This document shows positions 53,756 through 63,102 of a stretch of 64,000 nt of DNA, in pieces. The notes beneath the pieces were generated by a model. It did not search any database. It was given only the letters and a program-made list of their open reading frames with translations, and was not told where the DNA came from. Source of the DNA: Candidatus Limnocylindrales bacterium (GTDB lineage Bacteria > Chloroflexota > Limnocylindria > Limnocylindrales > CSP1-4); assembly GCA_036504355.1 (NCBI GenBank), contig DASXVG010000083.1, positions 8,902 to 72,901 of the forward strand, in the 5' to 3' direction. The stretch's first letter is position 1, and each line of letters starts with the position of its first letter. Position numbers and translations under genes: made by a program.

Positions 53756-56428
53756 CTACCCGCGCAGGACGATGTTGACGAGCCTGCCGCCGCCCGCGTG
53801 GATGACCCGCGCGACGTGCGCGTCGCCGATCGCCGCCACAACCTTGTCCCGGCTCATGACGATCTGCTCCAGCTCGATCTCGCTGATGCCCACCGGGACC
53901 GTGATCCGGTCGCGCAGCTTGCCATTGACCTGGATCGGCACCTCGCGCGTCTGCTCCACGATGGCGCGCTCGTCGACCTCCGGCCAGCGCTGGACGTGGA
54001 TCGATTCCCACGGCTCCCCGCGGGCCGCGAGCCGTCGCGACCACAGCTCCTCGGTGATGTGTGGCGCGGACGGCGCCAGCATCAGGAGCAGCAGCCGGAC
54101 GGCCTCGTCCCACTCGGGCAGCTCGGTGATCGCCGTGCCGCGGTACCGGAACAGCGTGTTCGACAGCTCCATGAGCTTCGCGACCATCGTGTTCCAGCGG
54201 AAGCCCTCGATGTCCTCCGTGACGTCGCGCAGCGCGCGGTGGGTGGCCGCGCGGACGTGATCGCGGGCCGCGGCCTCGTCCTCGCCCTCGGGCAGCTCGC
54301 CCGAGGCCGGGTCGCCGGGCTCGCGGCCGGCGGGATCCAGCGCGATCGTCCACACGCGCGAGAGAAAGCGGGCCACGCCGCCGATGCCCGTCGGGCTCCA
54401 CGGCCCGCCCTGGTCCCACGGCCCCATGAACATCAGGTACAGCCGCACCGTGTCCGCACCGTAGCGCGCCACGAGCTCGTCCGGGTCCTGCACGTTGCCG
54501 CGGGACTTGGACATCCGCTCGCCGTCGGCGCCCAGGATCTGGCCCTGGTTGAACAGCCGTCGGAACGGCTCGCTCTCGTCCACCAGGCCCAGGTCGCGCA
54601 TCGCCTTGGTGAAGAAGCGGCTGTACAGCAGGTGCATCACCGCGTGCTCGGCACCGCCCGTGTACTGGTTGACCGGCGTCCACCTGTGGACCATCTCGCT
54701 GTCGACCGGTCCATCGTCCTTCCCAGGAGACAGGTAGCGGAACCAGTACCAGGAGCTGTCGATGAACGTGTCCAGCGTGTCCGTCTCGCGGCGTGCCGGG
54801 CCGCCGCAGCGTGGGCAGGCGACGTTGAGGAACGCGTCGTCCCGGTTGAGCGGGTTCTCGCCGCTGCCGCGGTAGTCCACGGTGTCCGGCAGCAGGACCG
54901 GCAGGTCCTCCTCCGGGACCGGCACGGCACCGTCGATCGGGCAATGGACGACCGGGATCGGCGTCCCCCAGTAGCGCTGGCGGCTCACCAGCCAGTCGCG
55001 CAGCCGATAGGTCACGGCCTGGCGGCCCAGCCCACGCTCCGCGAGGTCCGCGACGATGCCGTGCCACGCGTCGACCGCGGGCTTGCCGTCCCACGGCCCG
55101 GAATTGACGAGCACGAGCCTGCCCGCGCTGTCGCTTCCCATGTTGATCAGCTCGATGTCGCCCAGCGGGCCATCGTGGCGGCCGGTGCCCCGCGGCGCCT
55201 CGTCCGCGGCCTTGTCCACGAACGCCTCGGTCAGGGGCTCGTCCGGGTCGCTGTCGCGGGGCGCGATGACGCGCACGATCGGGAGGCCGAACGTCGTCGC
55301 GAACGCGAAGTCGCGCTCGTCGTGGGCGGGGACGGCCATGATCGCCCCCGTGCCGTACGTCCCCAGCACGTAATCGGCGATGAAGATCGGGATGCGCGCG
55401 CCGTTGACGGGGTTGATCGCGTCCGCGCCGATCGGCACGCCGGTCTTCTCGCGGTCCGCGGACAGGCGGTCGATCTCGGTCTTGTCCGCGGCCGCCTTGA
55501 CGTACGCCTCGACATCGGCCGTGCGATCCGGGGCGGTCAGCTCGGCGACGAGCGGGTGCTCCGGCGCGAGGACCATGAACGTCGCCCCGTACAGTGTGTC
55601 CGGGCGGGTCGTGAACACCCGCAGCTCGCTGCCGCCGGGGTGGTGCGCCGCGGGTGCCGTCGAGAACACGATCTCGGCGCCCGTGGATCGGCCGATCCAG
55701 TTCGTCTGCTGGATCCGGATGGGCTCCGGCCAGTCGATGCCCGAGAAGTCCAGCAGCTCGTCCGCGTAGCGGGTGGTTCGCAGGTACCACTGGGCGAGCT
55801 CGCGCTTCTCGACCTTTGCGCCACAGCGCCAGCAGTGGCGGTCCGCGCCCTCGACCTGTTCGCGCGCCAGCGTCCCGTCGTTGGGACACCAGTCGACCGG
55901 CGAGACCGCGCGGTAGGCGAGGCCATGCTCGAGGAAGCGCAGGAACAGCCACTGGTTCCAGCGGTAGTAGGACGGGTCGCAGGTCACGACCTCGGCAGTC
56001 CAGTCCCAGCCGGCGCCCATCGTCCGCAGCTGGCTGCGCATCGTCGCGATGTTGGCCATCGTCCAGTCGCGCGGGTTGATCCGGTTCTTGATCGCCGCGT
56101 TCTCGGCCGGCAGGCCGAACGCGTCGAACCCGATCGGCTGGAAGACGTTGTCGCCGCGCATCCGGTGATAGCGCCCGATGGCGTCGGTGGGCGTCTTGAC
56201 GTACCAGTGCCCGATGTGGAGCGACCCGGAGGGGTAGTCGTACATCGTGAGCAGGTAGAACCGGGGCCTCGACTCGTCGTCCAGGTCGGCCTCGTAGAGC
56301 CGGAGCTCGTCCCAGCGCGCCTGCCACTTCGGCTCGATGGCCGACGGGTCGTAGCGCTCCGCCCGGGAGCGGGGCTCCCGGGCGCCGTCGCTGGTCGTGC
56401 TGTCGCTCGTCGTCACTGCTGGCCCCAT
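53756..56428 (-). CDS. leuS: Leucine--tRNA ligase
   Basis: YDPSAIEPKWQARW, HIGH motif (PSGSLHIGHW), KMSKS motif (ERMSKSRGN). The ATG 56428 was chosen because the upstream TTG (56446) lies inside the terminator T-tract. Confidence 0.96.
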   Translation of the reverse strand: MGPAVTTSDSTTSDGAREPRSRAERYDPSAIEPKWQARWDELRLYEADLDDESRPRFYLLTMYDYPSGSLHIGHWYVKTPTDAIGRYHRMRGDNVFQPIGFDAFGLPAENAAIKNRINPRDWTMANIATMRSQLRTMGAGWDWTAEVVTCDPSYYRWNQWLFLRFLEHGLAYRAVSPVDWCPNDGTLAREQVEGADRHCWRCGAKVEKRELAQWYLRTTRYADELLDFSGIDWPEPIRIQQTNWIGRSTGAEIVFSTAPAAHHPGGSELRVFTTRPDTLYGATFMVLAPEHPLVAELTAPDRTADVEAYVKAAADKTEIDRLSADREKTGVPIGADAINPVNGARIPIFIADYVLGTYGTGAIMAVPAHDERDFAFATTFGLPIVRVIAPRDSDPDEPLTEAFVDKAADEAPRGTGRHDGPLGDIELINMGSDSAGRLVLVNSGPWDGKPAVDAWHGIVADLAERGLGRQAVTYRLRDWLVSRQRYWGTPIPVVHCPIDGAVPVPEEDLPVLLPDTVDYRGSGENPLNRDDAFLNVACPRCGGPARRETDTLDTFIDSSWYWFRYLSPGKDDGPVDSEMVHRWTPVNQYTGGAEHAVMHLLYSRFFTKAMRDLGLVDESEPFRRLFNQGQILGADGERMSKSRGNVQDPDELVARYGADTVRLYLMFMGPWDQGGPWSPTGIGGVARFLSRVWTIALDPAGREPGDPASGELPEGEDEAAARDHVRAATHRALRDVTEDIEGFRWNTMVAKLMELSNTLFRYRGTAITELPEWDEAVRLLLLMLAPSAPHITEELWSRRLAARGEPWESIHVQRWPEVDERAIVEQTREVPIQVNGKLRDRITVPVGISEIELEQIVMSRDKVVAAIGDAHVARVIHAGGGRLVNIVLRG

Positions 56429-56440
56429 TCCCTGCGAATG

Positions 56441-56472
56441 AAACAAAACCCCTCGCCGGTCCCGGCGAGGGG
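56441..56472 (-). terminator. Intrinsic terminator: perfect 11-bp GC stem (CCCCTCGCCGG/CCGGCGAGGGG), 2-nt loop, then TTTTGTTT on the minus strand
   Basis: Read directly. Lies 27 nt downstream of the tRNA-Ala 3' end. Confidence 0.75.
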
Positions 56473-56498
56473 TCAGGTTGTCGGCGTTAGCGGGGTGT

Positions 56499-56574
56499 TG
56501 GTGGAGCTAAAGGGATTCGAACCCTTGACCTTCTGAATGCCATTCAGACGCTCTCCCAGCTGAGCTATAGCCCC
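56499..56574 (-). tRNA. tRNA-Ala (anticodon GGC), CCA encoded
   Basis: Folded by hand: GGGGCTA acceptor stem with the G3:U70 alanine identity pair, D arm GCTC/GAGC, anticodon stem TCTGA/TCAGA with loop ATGGCAT, T arm AAGGG-TTCGAAT-CCCTT, 3' ACCA. 76 nt. Confidence 0.95.
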
Positions 56575-56906
56575 ACGCCGGACCGGGAGTATAGCGCACG
56601 AAACCGCGATGGCTGTGGCCCCGGAACCAGGTTTCCCCAGCGAACCGGGAGCTCGTCCACGCGGGGATCGGCGTGCTGCCAGGGCGATCCCGAATGCCGC
56701 CGCGGTGCGCGGGCGCCCCTATCCGTTCAGGCTCCCACGACACCGGCCGTCCCCGGACCCCCCATCTCCGACAGGACCTCCGGTGCCCCCGCGCACCCAC
56801 CTTGCAGGACCCCCGTACTATGCTCGGGCTGCCGACGGTGCGTCATCAGGCGACGGTCCCGCGGCGCGCCCGGTCGGGGCACTCGGGGATCCGGGGAGGT
56901 TGAGGC

Positions 56907-58703
56907 ATGTCGCTGACGCAGCGGGTCGAGCGGGCCCAGCAGGCCCTGTCGGGCGAGCCGGTGCCGCCTGGCGCCATGGTGCCCGCGCCCCCGCCGCCGA
57001 GCGCGAGGGGCCTCACCCAGCGCGAGGAGCTCCTGCGCGACCTGCGGATCGCCATGCTGGCCGAGATCGTGCGAGCGTTCGATGCGATCCTCGACGCGCC
57101 ACCGGACGAGATCAAGCCCCGCATCGAGAGCCTCGCTGACCGGGTCATCTCGCAGCAGGGAGCGGCCGTCACCCGCGACGAGCGCCAGCTCCTGGTCCAG
57201 CAGCTCCTCGACGAGGTCCGTGGCTTCGGCCCCATCGAGCCGTTCCTCAACGACGAGACCGTGACCGAGGTCATGGTCAACGGGCCCCAGCACATCTACA
57301 TCGAGCGGGGCGGCAAGATCCAGCGCGTCGACAGCGTGTTCCTCAACGACGAGCACGTGCTGCGGATCATCGACCGGATCATCACGCCGCTGGGCCGGCG
57401 CATCGACGAGACGAGCCCCCGGGTCGACGCCCGCCTCCCCGACGGCTCGCGCGTCAACGCCATCATCGAGCCGCTGTCGCTCATCGGGCCCGTCATCACG
57501 ATCCGCAAGTTCGCGGCGCGCCCGTTCACCGTCGAGGACCTGGTCCGGTTCGGCACGGCCTCGCCGGAGATGTTCGACTTCCTGCGGGCGTGCATCGAGG
57601 CCCGCCTCAACGTGTTCGTCTCGGGCGGCACGGGATCCGGCAAGACGACGACCCTCAACGTGCTGTCGTCGTTCATCCCCAACGGCGAGCGGATCGTCAC
57701 GATCGAGGACGCGGCCGAGCTCCAGCTTCGCCAGGACCACGTGCTGACCCTGGAGGCGCGACCGGCGAACCTCGAGGGCGAGGGCGAGATCACGATCCGG
57801 GACCTGCTGCGCAACGCGATGCACATGCGGCCCGACCGGATCATCGTCGGCGAGTGCCGGTCGGGCGAGGCGCTGGACATGCTCCAGGCCATGACCACGG
57901 GCCACGACGGATCCCTCTCGACGGGCCATGCGAACAGCCCCAACGACATGCTCCGCCGCCTCGAGACCATGGTGCTCATGACGGGCTACCAGATGCCGCT
58001 CCGCGCGATCCGGGAGCAGATCGCTTCGGCCGTGGACATCATCGTCCACACGGCGCGTCTCAAGGACGGCTCCCGGCGGATCACGAACATCACGGAGGTC
58101 TACGGGATCGAGGATGACGACATCCTGACCCAGGACGTGTTCACGTTCGAGCAGACGGGCTTCAGCGAGGGGAAGATCCAGGGCGACCTGCGGCCGACCG
58201 GCATCCGCCCGACCTTCATGGACCAGTTCAAGGTCAACGGCGTCGAGCTCCCGCCCGGTGACTTCGGCATCCCCCAGGTTGCCCCGGCGACCCAGCGCAC
58301 GATCAAGCCGATGAAGTCCCGCTGGGGCGGCGACGGCGCGAACACCGCCGGCGAGCTGCCGCGGGGGACGGGCCGCGTGGTCGCCGCGGGCGGGATGGTC
58401 TACATCACGACGGTGGGACCCGTGGACCTCGAGACCGGTGCCGTCGTCAGCCCGGCCCTCAACATCCAGGTGACGCAGTGCCTGCGCAACCTCAAGGCGC
58501 TCCTGGAGCAGCACGGCAGCTCGCTCGACAAGGTGGTGTGGGCGAACTGGTGCCTCCGGGACCAGGCGGACTTTGACGCCTTCAGCAACGAATGGAACAA
58601 GTGGTTCCCGGGTGACGCGCCGATCGGGCAGGGCACGCTGATGCCGGCCCTCCAGCGGCGCGCCGGGTTCCGTGCGTCCATCGGGGTCATCGCCCAGCAG
58701 TAG
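56907..58703 (+). CDS. CpaF/TadA-type secretion ATPase fused in frame to a C-terminal RidA/YjgF-like domain
   Basis: SD GGGGAGG. VTEVMVNGP, Walker A GGTGSGKTT, TIEDAAEL, RPDRIIVGECRSGEA, TGHDGSLSTGHAN. From about codon 470: GGMVYITTVGPVDLETGAVV...QVTQCLRNLKALLEQHGSSLDKVVWANWCLRD..DFDAFSNEW. Confidence 0.88.
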   Translation: MSLTQRVERAQQALSGEPVPPGAMVPAPPPPSARGLTQREELLRDLRIAMLAEIVRAFDAILDAPPDEIKPRIESLADRVISQQGAAVTRDERQLLVQQLLDEVRGFGPIEPFLNDETVTEVMVNGPQHIYIERGGKIQRVDSVFLNDEHVLRIIDRIITPLGRRIDETSPRVDARLPDGSRVNAIIEPLSLIGPVITIRKFAARPFTVEDLVRFGTASPEMFDFLRACIEARLNVFVSGGTGSGKTTTLNVLSSFIPNGERIVTIEDAAELQLRQDHVLTLEARPANLEGEGEITIRDLLRNAMHMRPDRIIVGECRSGEALDMLQAMTTGHDGSLSTGHANSPNDMLRRLETMVLMTGYQMPLRAIREQIASAVDIIVHTARLKDGSRRITNITEVYGIEDDDILTQDVFTFEQTGFSEGKIQGDLRPTGIRPTFMDQFKVNGVELPPGDFGIPQVAPATQRTIKPMKSRWGGDGANTAGELPRGTGRVVAAGGMVYITTVGPVDLETGAVVSPALNIQVTQCLRNLKALLEQHGSSLDKVVWANWCLRDQADFDAFSNEWNKWFPGDAPIGQGTLMPALQRRAGFRASIGVIAQQ

Positions 58704-58740
58704 CCGCACGGCGGCATGGTCGGCCGCTACGATCGCCGCG

Positions 58741-60366
58741 ATGGCCTTCGACCTCGTCCTGCGCAACGGCAGCCTCGCGGAGGGGTCCGGCGCGCCCCTC
58801 CGACCCCTGGACGTCGGCGTGACGGGCGATCGGATCACGGCGGTGGGGGACCTGTCCGCGGTCGACGGTGCCGAGGCGGCAGTCGTGCTCGACGTGCGCG
58901 GCCTCGTGGTCGCGCCCGGATTCGTGGACCCGCACGGGCACTCCGACGGCAACGTGCTCGTGGACGGGGCGCTCGCGAGCCACCTCCACCAGGGCTACAC
59001 GACCCAGCTCTCGGGCAACTGCGGGTTCACGCTCGCACCGTTCAACGACCGATCCGGGCCCGGCATCCAGCCGGACCTCGAGCCGCTCGGGCTGCACCCG
59101 GACTGGCGCACGTTCGGGGAGTATCTCGATGCCGTGGACGCGGTCGCCCTCGGGCCGAACGTGGCGTTCCTCGTGGGCCACGGGACGGTCCGCGGGGCGG
59201 TCCTCGGCCCCGCCGGCAGGGCGCCCGACGACGCGGAGCTTGCCGCCATGGTCGGGTACGTGGACGAGGCGATGGACGCGGGCGCGATCGGCCTCTCGAG
59301 CGGGCTGATCTATGCGCCCGGGATCCACGGCTCCCCCGACGAGGTGGCGACGCTCGTTGCGGCCGCCTACCGGCGCGACGGGCTGTACGCGACCCACATG
59401 CGCAACGAGTCGGACGGGGTGCACGGGGCCATCGAAGAGGCCATCGCGACGGCGCGGCGGGGCGGGCAGCTGGCCGGGCGCCCGGGGAGGCTCCAGGTCT
59501 CGCACCTCAAGGCAGGCGCCCGCTCCGTGTGGGGCCAGGGCCCGGCCCTCGTCGAACGGATCGAGCGGGCGCGCGCCGAGGGTCTCGATGCCGCCGCGGA
59601 CCAGTACCCGTACACGGCCGCCTCCACGACCCTCGCGACGATGCTCCCGCCCGAGCTTCTCGCCCTCGATCCCGAGGACGCGGCCATCGCCCTGCGCGAC
59701 ACGGCGACACGGGTCCGCGTCCGCCAGCTCCAGGCGAGCGGGATCAGCGGCTGGGAGAACGTCGCCCGGGACCCGGGCTGGGATGGGGTCGTCATCGCCC
59801 GGAGCACGTCGCGATCGGCGTGGAGCGGCCGGAGCCTCGGGGCGCTGGCCGACGAGCTGCGTGCGGACCCCATCGACCTCGCGCTCGACGTGCTGGCCGA
59901 CGACCGGCTCGCCGTCGACATCGTGCTCCACTGCATGGACGAGGCCGACGTCGAGGCGATCATGGCGATCCCGTGGATCGCCGTGTGCACGGACGCAGGC
60001 GGCCGTCGTCCGGGCCACCCGCTCCTCGACGAGGGCGTGCCCCACCCGCGCGCCTACGGGACCACCGCCCGCGTCCTCGGGCGGTACGTGCGCGAGCGGG
60101 GCGTCCTCGGGCTCGAAACGGCCGTCGCGAAGCTGAGCGCCGTCCCAGCGGCGCGGCTCGGGCTCGCGGACAGGGGCCAGGTCCGCGTGGGCTGGGCCGC
60201 AGACCTCGTCGTGTTCGACCCGCAGACGGTGATCGACACGGCGGCGTACCAGTCGCCCGCCCGCTTCGCCACGGGCATCGCGCACGTCGTCGTCAACGGG
60301 CGGCTCGCCATCCGCGACGGTGTCGAGACCGGCGACCGGCCGGGCCGGCTCCTGCGGCGCGCCTGA
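58741..60366 (+). CDS. N-acyl-D-amino-acid deacylase (D-aminoacylase) family amidohydrolase
   Basis: GFVDPHGHSDG, GYTTQLSGNCGFTLAP, ...YATHMRNE..., ...DLVVFDP. TACGAT-7 nt-ATG start context. Confidence 0.88.
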   Translation: MAFDLVLRNGSLAEGSGAPLRPLDVGVTGDRITAVGDLSAVDGAEAAVVLDVRGLVVAPGFVDPHGHSDGNVLVDGALASHLHQGYTTQLSGNCGFTLAPFNDRSGPGIQPDLEPLGLHPDWRTFGEYLDAVDAVALGPNVAFLVGHGTVRGAVLGPAGRAPDDAELAAMVGYVDEAMDAGAIGLSSGLIYAPGIHGSPDEVATLVAAAYRRDGLYATHMRNESDGVHGAIEEAIATARRGGQLAGRPGRLQVSHLKAGARSVWGQGPALVERIERARAEGLDAAADQYPYTAASTTLATMLPPELLALDPEDAAIALRDTATRVRVRQLQASGISGWENVARDPGWDGVVIARSTSRSAWSGRSLGALADELRADPIDLALDVLADDRLAVDIVLHCMDEADVEAIMAIPWIAVCTDAGGRRPGHPLLDEGVPHPRAYGTTARVLGRYVRERGVLGLETAVAKLSAVPAARLGLADRGQVRVGWAADLVVFDPQTVIDTAAYQSPARFATGIAHVVVNGRLAIRDGVETGDRPGRLLRRA

Positions 60367-60371
60367 AGCGC

Positions 60372-61172
60372 ATGGCGACGGCCCAGGGATCGCGGCTCTT
60401 GGTCGAGGAGACCGTCGCAGTGGCACGGCTCCCGGGCGGCAACCTGCCGTATGTCCTTCGCCGCTCCCCGAGGGCCCGCCGGCTGCGGGTGACCGTGCAC
60501 CCGGAGCGCGGGGTCGTCGTGTCGCTGCCCATCGCCGCGAGACGCGGGTGGGGGCGGCCCGATGCGCTCGTCGACCGCTTCCTCGCCGAGCGCGAGGACT
60601 GGATCCGCGGCCACCTCGATCGCCAGCAGGCGACCCGGGCGCGGCTGGATGACCGCCCCCACGTCGATGACGAGCGGCTCGTGCCGTACCTCGGCGAGCC
60701 GCACCGCGTGCGGGTCGTGCCGGCTCCGCAGGGCGTGCGGGCGACGCGCGTGTCCCGGGTGGGAGCCGAGGAGGGCGACGAGCTGCTGGTCGAGCGCGGC
60801 GCCCGGGACCGGCGGGAGACGGCCGAGGTCCTCGAGGCGTGGTTCCGCGCCCGCGCCCGCGCCGCCCTCGACGAGTCGATCGCGCGACACGCACCGGCGC
60901 TGGGCGTCATCCCGCGGAGCATCACGATCCGCGACACGACCTCGCGCTGGGGGAGCTGCTCGCGCCGCGGCGCGCTCTCGTTCAGCTGGAGGCTGATCCT
61001 GGCGCCGCCTGCCGCGCTCGATGCGGTCGCCGCCCACGAGCTGTGTCATCTCCGCGTGTTCGGGCATTCGCCCGCGTTCTGGGGGCTGCTCGAGACGCAC
61101 GTCCCGGACCACGCGGCGTGGCGCCGGTGGCTGCGGGGCCACGCGCCGGAGCTGCATGCGGCGCTCGACTGA
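60372..61172 (+). CDS. YgjP-like (DUF45/M48-related) zinc metallopeptidase
   Basis: ...RWGSCS..G.LSFSWRLILAP...AHELCHL (HExxH), with the typical C-terminal position. Confidence 0.85.
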   Translation: MATAQGSRLLVEETVAVARLPGGNLPYVLRRSPRARRLRVTVHPERGVVVSLPIAARRGWGRPDALVDRFLAEREDWIRGHLDRQQATRARLDDRPHVDDERLVPYLGEPHRVRVVPAPQGVRATRVSRVGAEEGDELLVERGARDRRETAEVLEAWFRARARAALDESIARHAPALGVIPRSITIRDTTSRWGSCSRRGALSFSWRLILAPPAALDAVAAHELCHLRVFGHSPAFWGLLETHVPDHAAWRRWLRGHAPELHAALD

Positions 61173-61320
61173 GCCGCGGCGTGTGCCGACCGTCCCGGGC
61201 GGAGGTGGACGTTTGACGGTCGCGTTCTCCACGATTCGGGGGAACCATACGGGCACGCCCGTCCGTCACAGGGACGCACGTCTCCACTCCCCGCCACGCG
61301 CCGCCGGTTCCAGGGGTCCA

Positions 61321-61974
61321 ATGCCGTCTCGGTTCGCACCCGTTCTCGCCGCCGCGATCACGCTGCTGGTCGTCGGCGCCTGCGCCGCCGCGCCCATCGC
61401 GCCGGCCTCGTCGCCCGTGACCGCCCCCACCGTCGTGCCCGCGCCGACGCCGGTGCCCACCGCGCCGCCCGAGCCGACCCCCACGCCGTCGCGCAACGCG
61501 GGCGACGTCGATGGACAGGGTCCTGGGGCGGAGCTGACGGTCGAGTTCCCGAAGCCGGACCTGCTCGACGTCACGCTCCAGGACGAACGCGCAAGGGCGT
61601 GGCGCGTCGTCGTGACCGGGACGAGCGACCTCGCCCAGGACCGGATGGAGGTCGTTGTCGAGGCGGGGGACGTCGGGCCGGTCATCACGGCGACCGAGAT
61701 CCAGCAGGGTGAGCTCGTGGGCTCGATCGACCTGTCCGGCTACCTCGACGCGACGATGGCCGCGGGCGGCTGCCATCACACCCTCGACGTGTGCATCGAC
61801 AGCTCCGCGTTCCAGTTCTCGGACGACGGCACCGGCCGCCTGCGGATCCGTCTCCAGATGCCGGACCCTGCCGCCGGACGGCTGCTCGTCACGGGCGGCA
61901 CGGCCGGCTGGCCGGGCGAGCCGTTCGTCCTCGGGCCATGGACCGACACGGACTCCTTCCCCTGGGGCGACTGA
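61321..61974 (+). CDS. Hypothetical lipoprotein
   Basis: Signal/lipobox MPSRFAPVLAAAITLLVVGAC, a Pro/Thr/Ala linker, then about 150 aa with no recognised family. Confidence 0.65.
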   Translation: MPSRFAPVLAAAITLLVVGACAAAPIAPASSPVTAPTVVPAPTPVPTAPPEPTPTPSRNAGDVDGQGPGAELTVEFPKPDLLDVTLQDERARAWRVVVTGTSDLAQDRMEVVVEAGDVGPVITATEIQQGELVGSIDLSGYLDATMAAGGCHHTLDVCIDSSAFQFSDDGTGRLRIRLQMPDPAAGRLLVTGGTAGWPGEPFVLGPWTDTDSFPWGD

Positions 61975-62154
61975 CGCTCGACCGCTGACCGACCACGTTC
62001 GTCGCGGGAACGGCGCCGCGTGCGCGATTGCCGCCACGACGTCCGACTGGCCCGGCGACGTCCCTCGACAGGCGACCGACGACGCAGGGCGCGAGGACGT
62101 CCGGCCCTTCTCGCCGCCACCTGGCAGCCCCTAGCGTGGCGGCAGGAGGAATCC

Positions 62155-63102
62155 ATGACGCTCGAGGTCCATGGGCTCCGCAAGCGGTTCGGCGATGTGC
62201 AGGCGCTTGACGGGGTCGAGTTTGCCGTCAAGCCGGGCGAGGTGTTCGGCTTCCTCGGTTCGAACGGCGCCGGCAAGACGACGACGATGCGCATCATCCT
62301 GGGGCTCCTGCGCGCCGACGAAGGCGAGGTGACCTGGCGGGGAACGCCCGCGAGCGCCTGGCCGTGCGGGACCTGGGGCTACATGCCCGAGGAGCGCGGC
62401 CTGTACCCGAGGATGCCCGTCCTCGAGCAGCTCCTCTTCTACGCCTCGCTGTACGGGATCGGCCGCGCCCGGGCCCGCCGCGACGCGGAGGAGTGGCTGC
62501 GCCGCTTCCGCATCGGCGAATACGCGGATCGCACCGCGGACAGCCTGTCCAAGGGGAACCAGCAGAAGGTCCAGTTCATCGCGACCGTGCTCCACGACCC
62601 CGATGTCCTGATCATGGACGAGCCGTTCACCGGCCTGGACCCGGTCAATGCCGCGCTGCTGCGGGCGGCGTTCCTCGAGATGCGCGACCGGGGCAAGACG
62701 CTCGTGTTCTCGACGCACCAGCTCGACACCGCAGAGGCCCTGTGCGAGACGGTGGCGATCATCGACCACGGTCGAGTCGTCACGGGCGGATCGACGCGCG
62801 AGGTCCGGCGCTCGACGGGTCACCAGGTGGTGCGCGTCGCCACCGCGGAGGACGGCGACGGCACGTGGCTGTCGTCGCTGCCACACGTGACGGTGACCCG
62901 TCCCGGTGAGGACTACACGGAGCTTCGCGTTGACGCCGGGAGCGACCCACAGGCGGTGCTGCGCGCCGCCATCGCGACCGGGCACGAGGTCCTGCGCTTC
63001 GAGGTCGCCGACCCATCGCTCGAGGAGGTCTTCGTCGAGCAGGTGGGTGCCGTCCAGGTCGACGAGGAGCGGACCCTGGCGGCGGCCGGAGGCGTGCGAT
63101 GA
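62155..63102 (+). CDS. ABC transporter ATP-binding protein (NatA-like)
   Basis: SD AGGAGG. Walker A GSNGAGKTT, signature LSKGNQQK, Walker B VLIMDEPF, H-loop STHQL. Confidence 0.92.
   Translation: MTLEVHGLRKRFGDVQALDGVEFAVKPGEVFGFLGSNGAGKTTTMRIILGLLRADEGEVTWRGTPASAWPCGTWGYMPEERGLYPRMPVLEQLLFYASLYGIGRARARRDAEEWLRRFRIGEYADRTADSLSKGNQQKVQFIATVLHDPDVLIMDEPFTGLDPVNAALLRAAFLEMRDRGKTLVFSTHQLDTAEALCETVAIIDHGRVVTGGSTREVRRSTGHQVVRVATAEDGDGTWLSSLPHVTVTRPGEDYTELRVDAGSDPQAVLRAAIATGHEVLRFEVADPSLEEVFVEQVGAVQVDEERTLAAAGGVR

Noticed and set aside
53403-56536. 974-aa minus ORF (53403-56327) and 936-aa plus ORF (53726-56536) overlapping leuS
   Set aside because: leuS (frame 53756-56428) carries HIGH and KMSKS motifs. 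The other two are GC-driven open frames. Only the last 114 codons of the 974-aa ORF (the cupin gene) are real.
56907-58310. A Tad/Flp pilus locus
   Set aside because: Only the ATPase is present. No TadB/TadC-like polytopic proteins, pilin, CpaB or prepilin peptidase lie within about 7 kb on either side.
56727-60894. Minus-strand ORFs 56727-58952 (741 aa) and 58687-60894 (735 aa), and the plus ORF 58716-61172 (818 aa)
   Set aside because: They are shadows of the CpaF-RidA and D-aminoacylase genes. Only the last 266 codons of the 818-aa ORF (YgjP-like peptidase from ATG 60372) are coding.
56499-61974. Genomic island integrated at tRNA-Ala
   Set aside because: There is no integrase or recombinase and no direct repeat of the tRNA 3' end that I could find. 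The tRNA 3' side abuts leuS. Composition of the flanking genes looks like the rest of the window.
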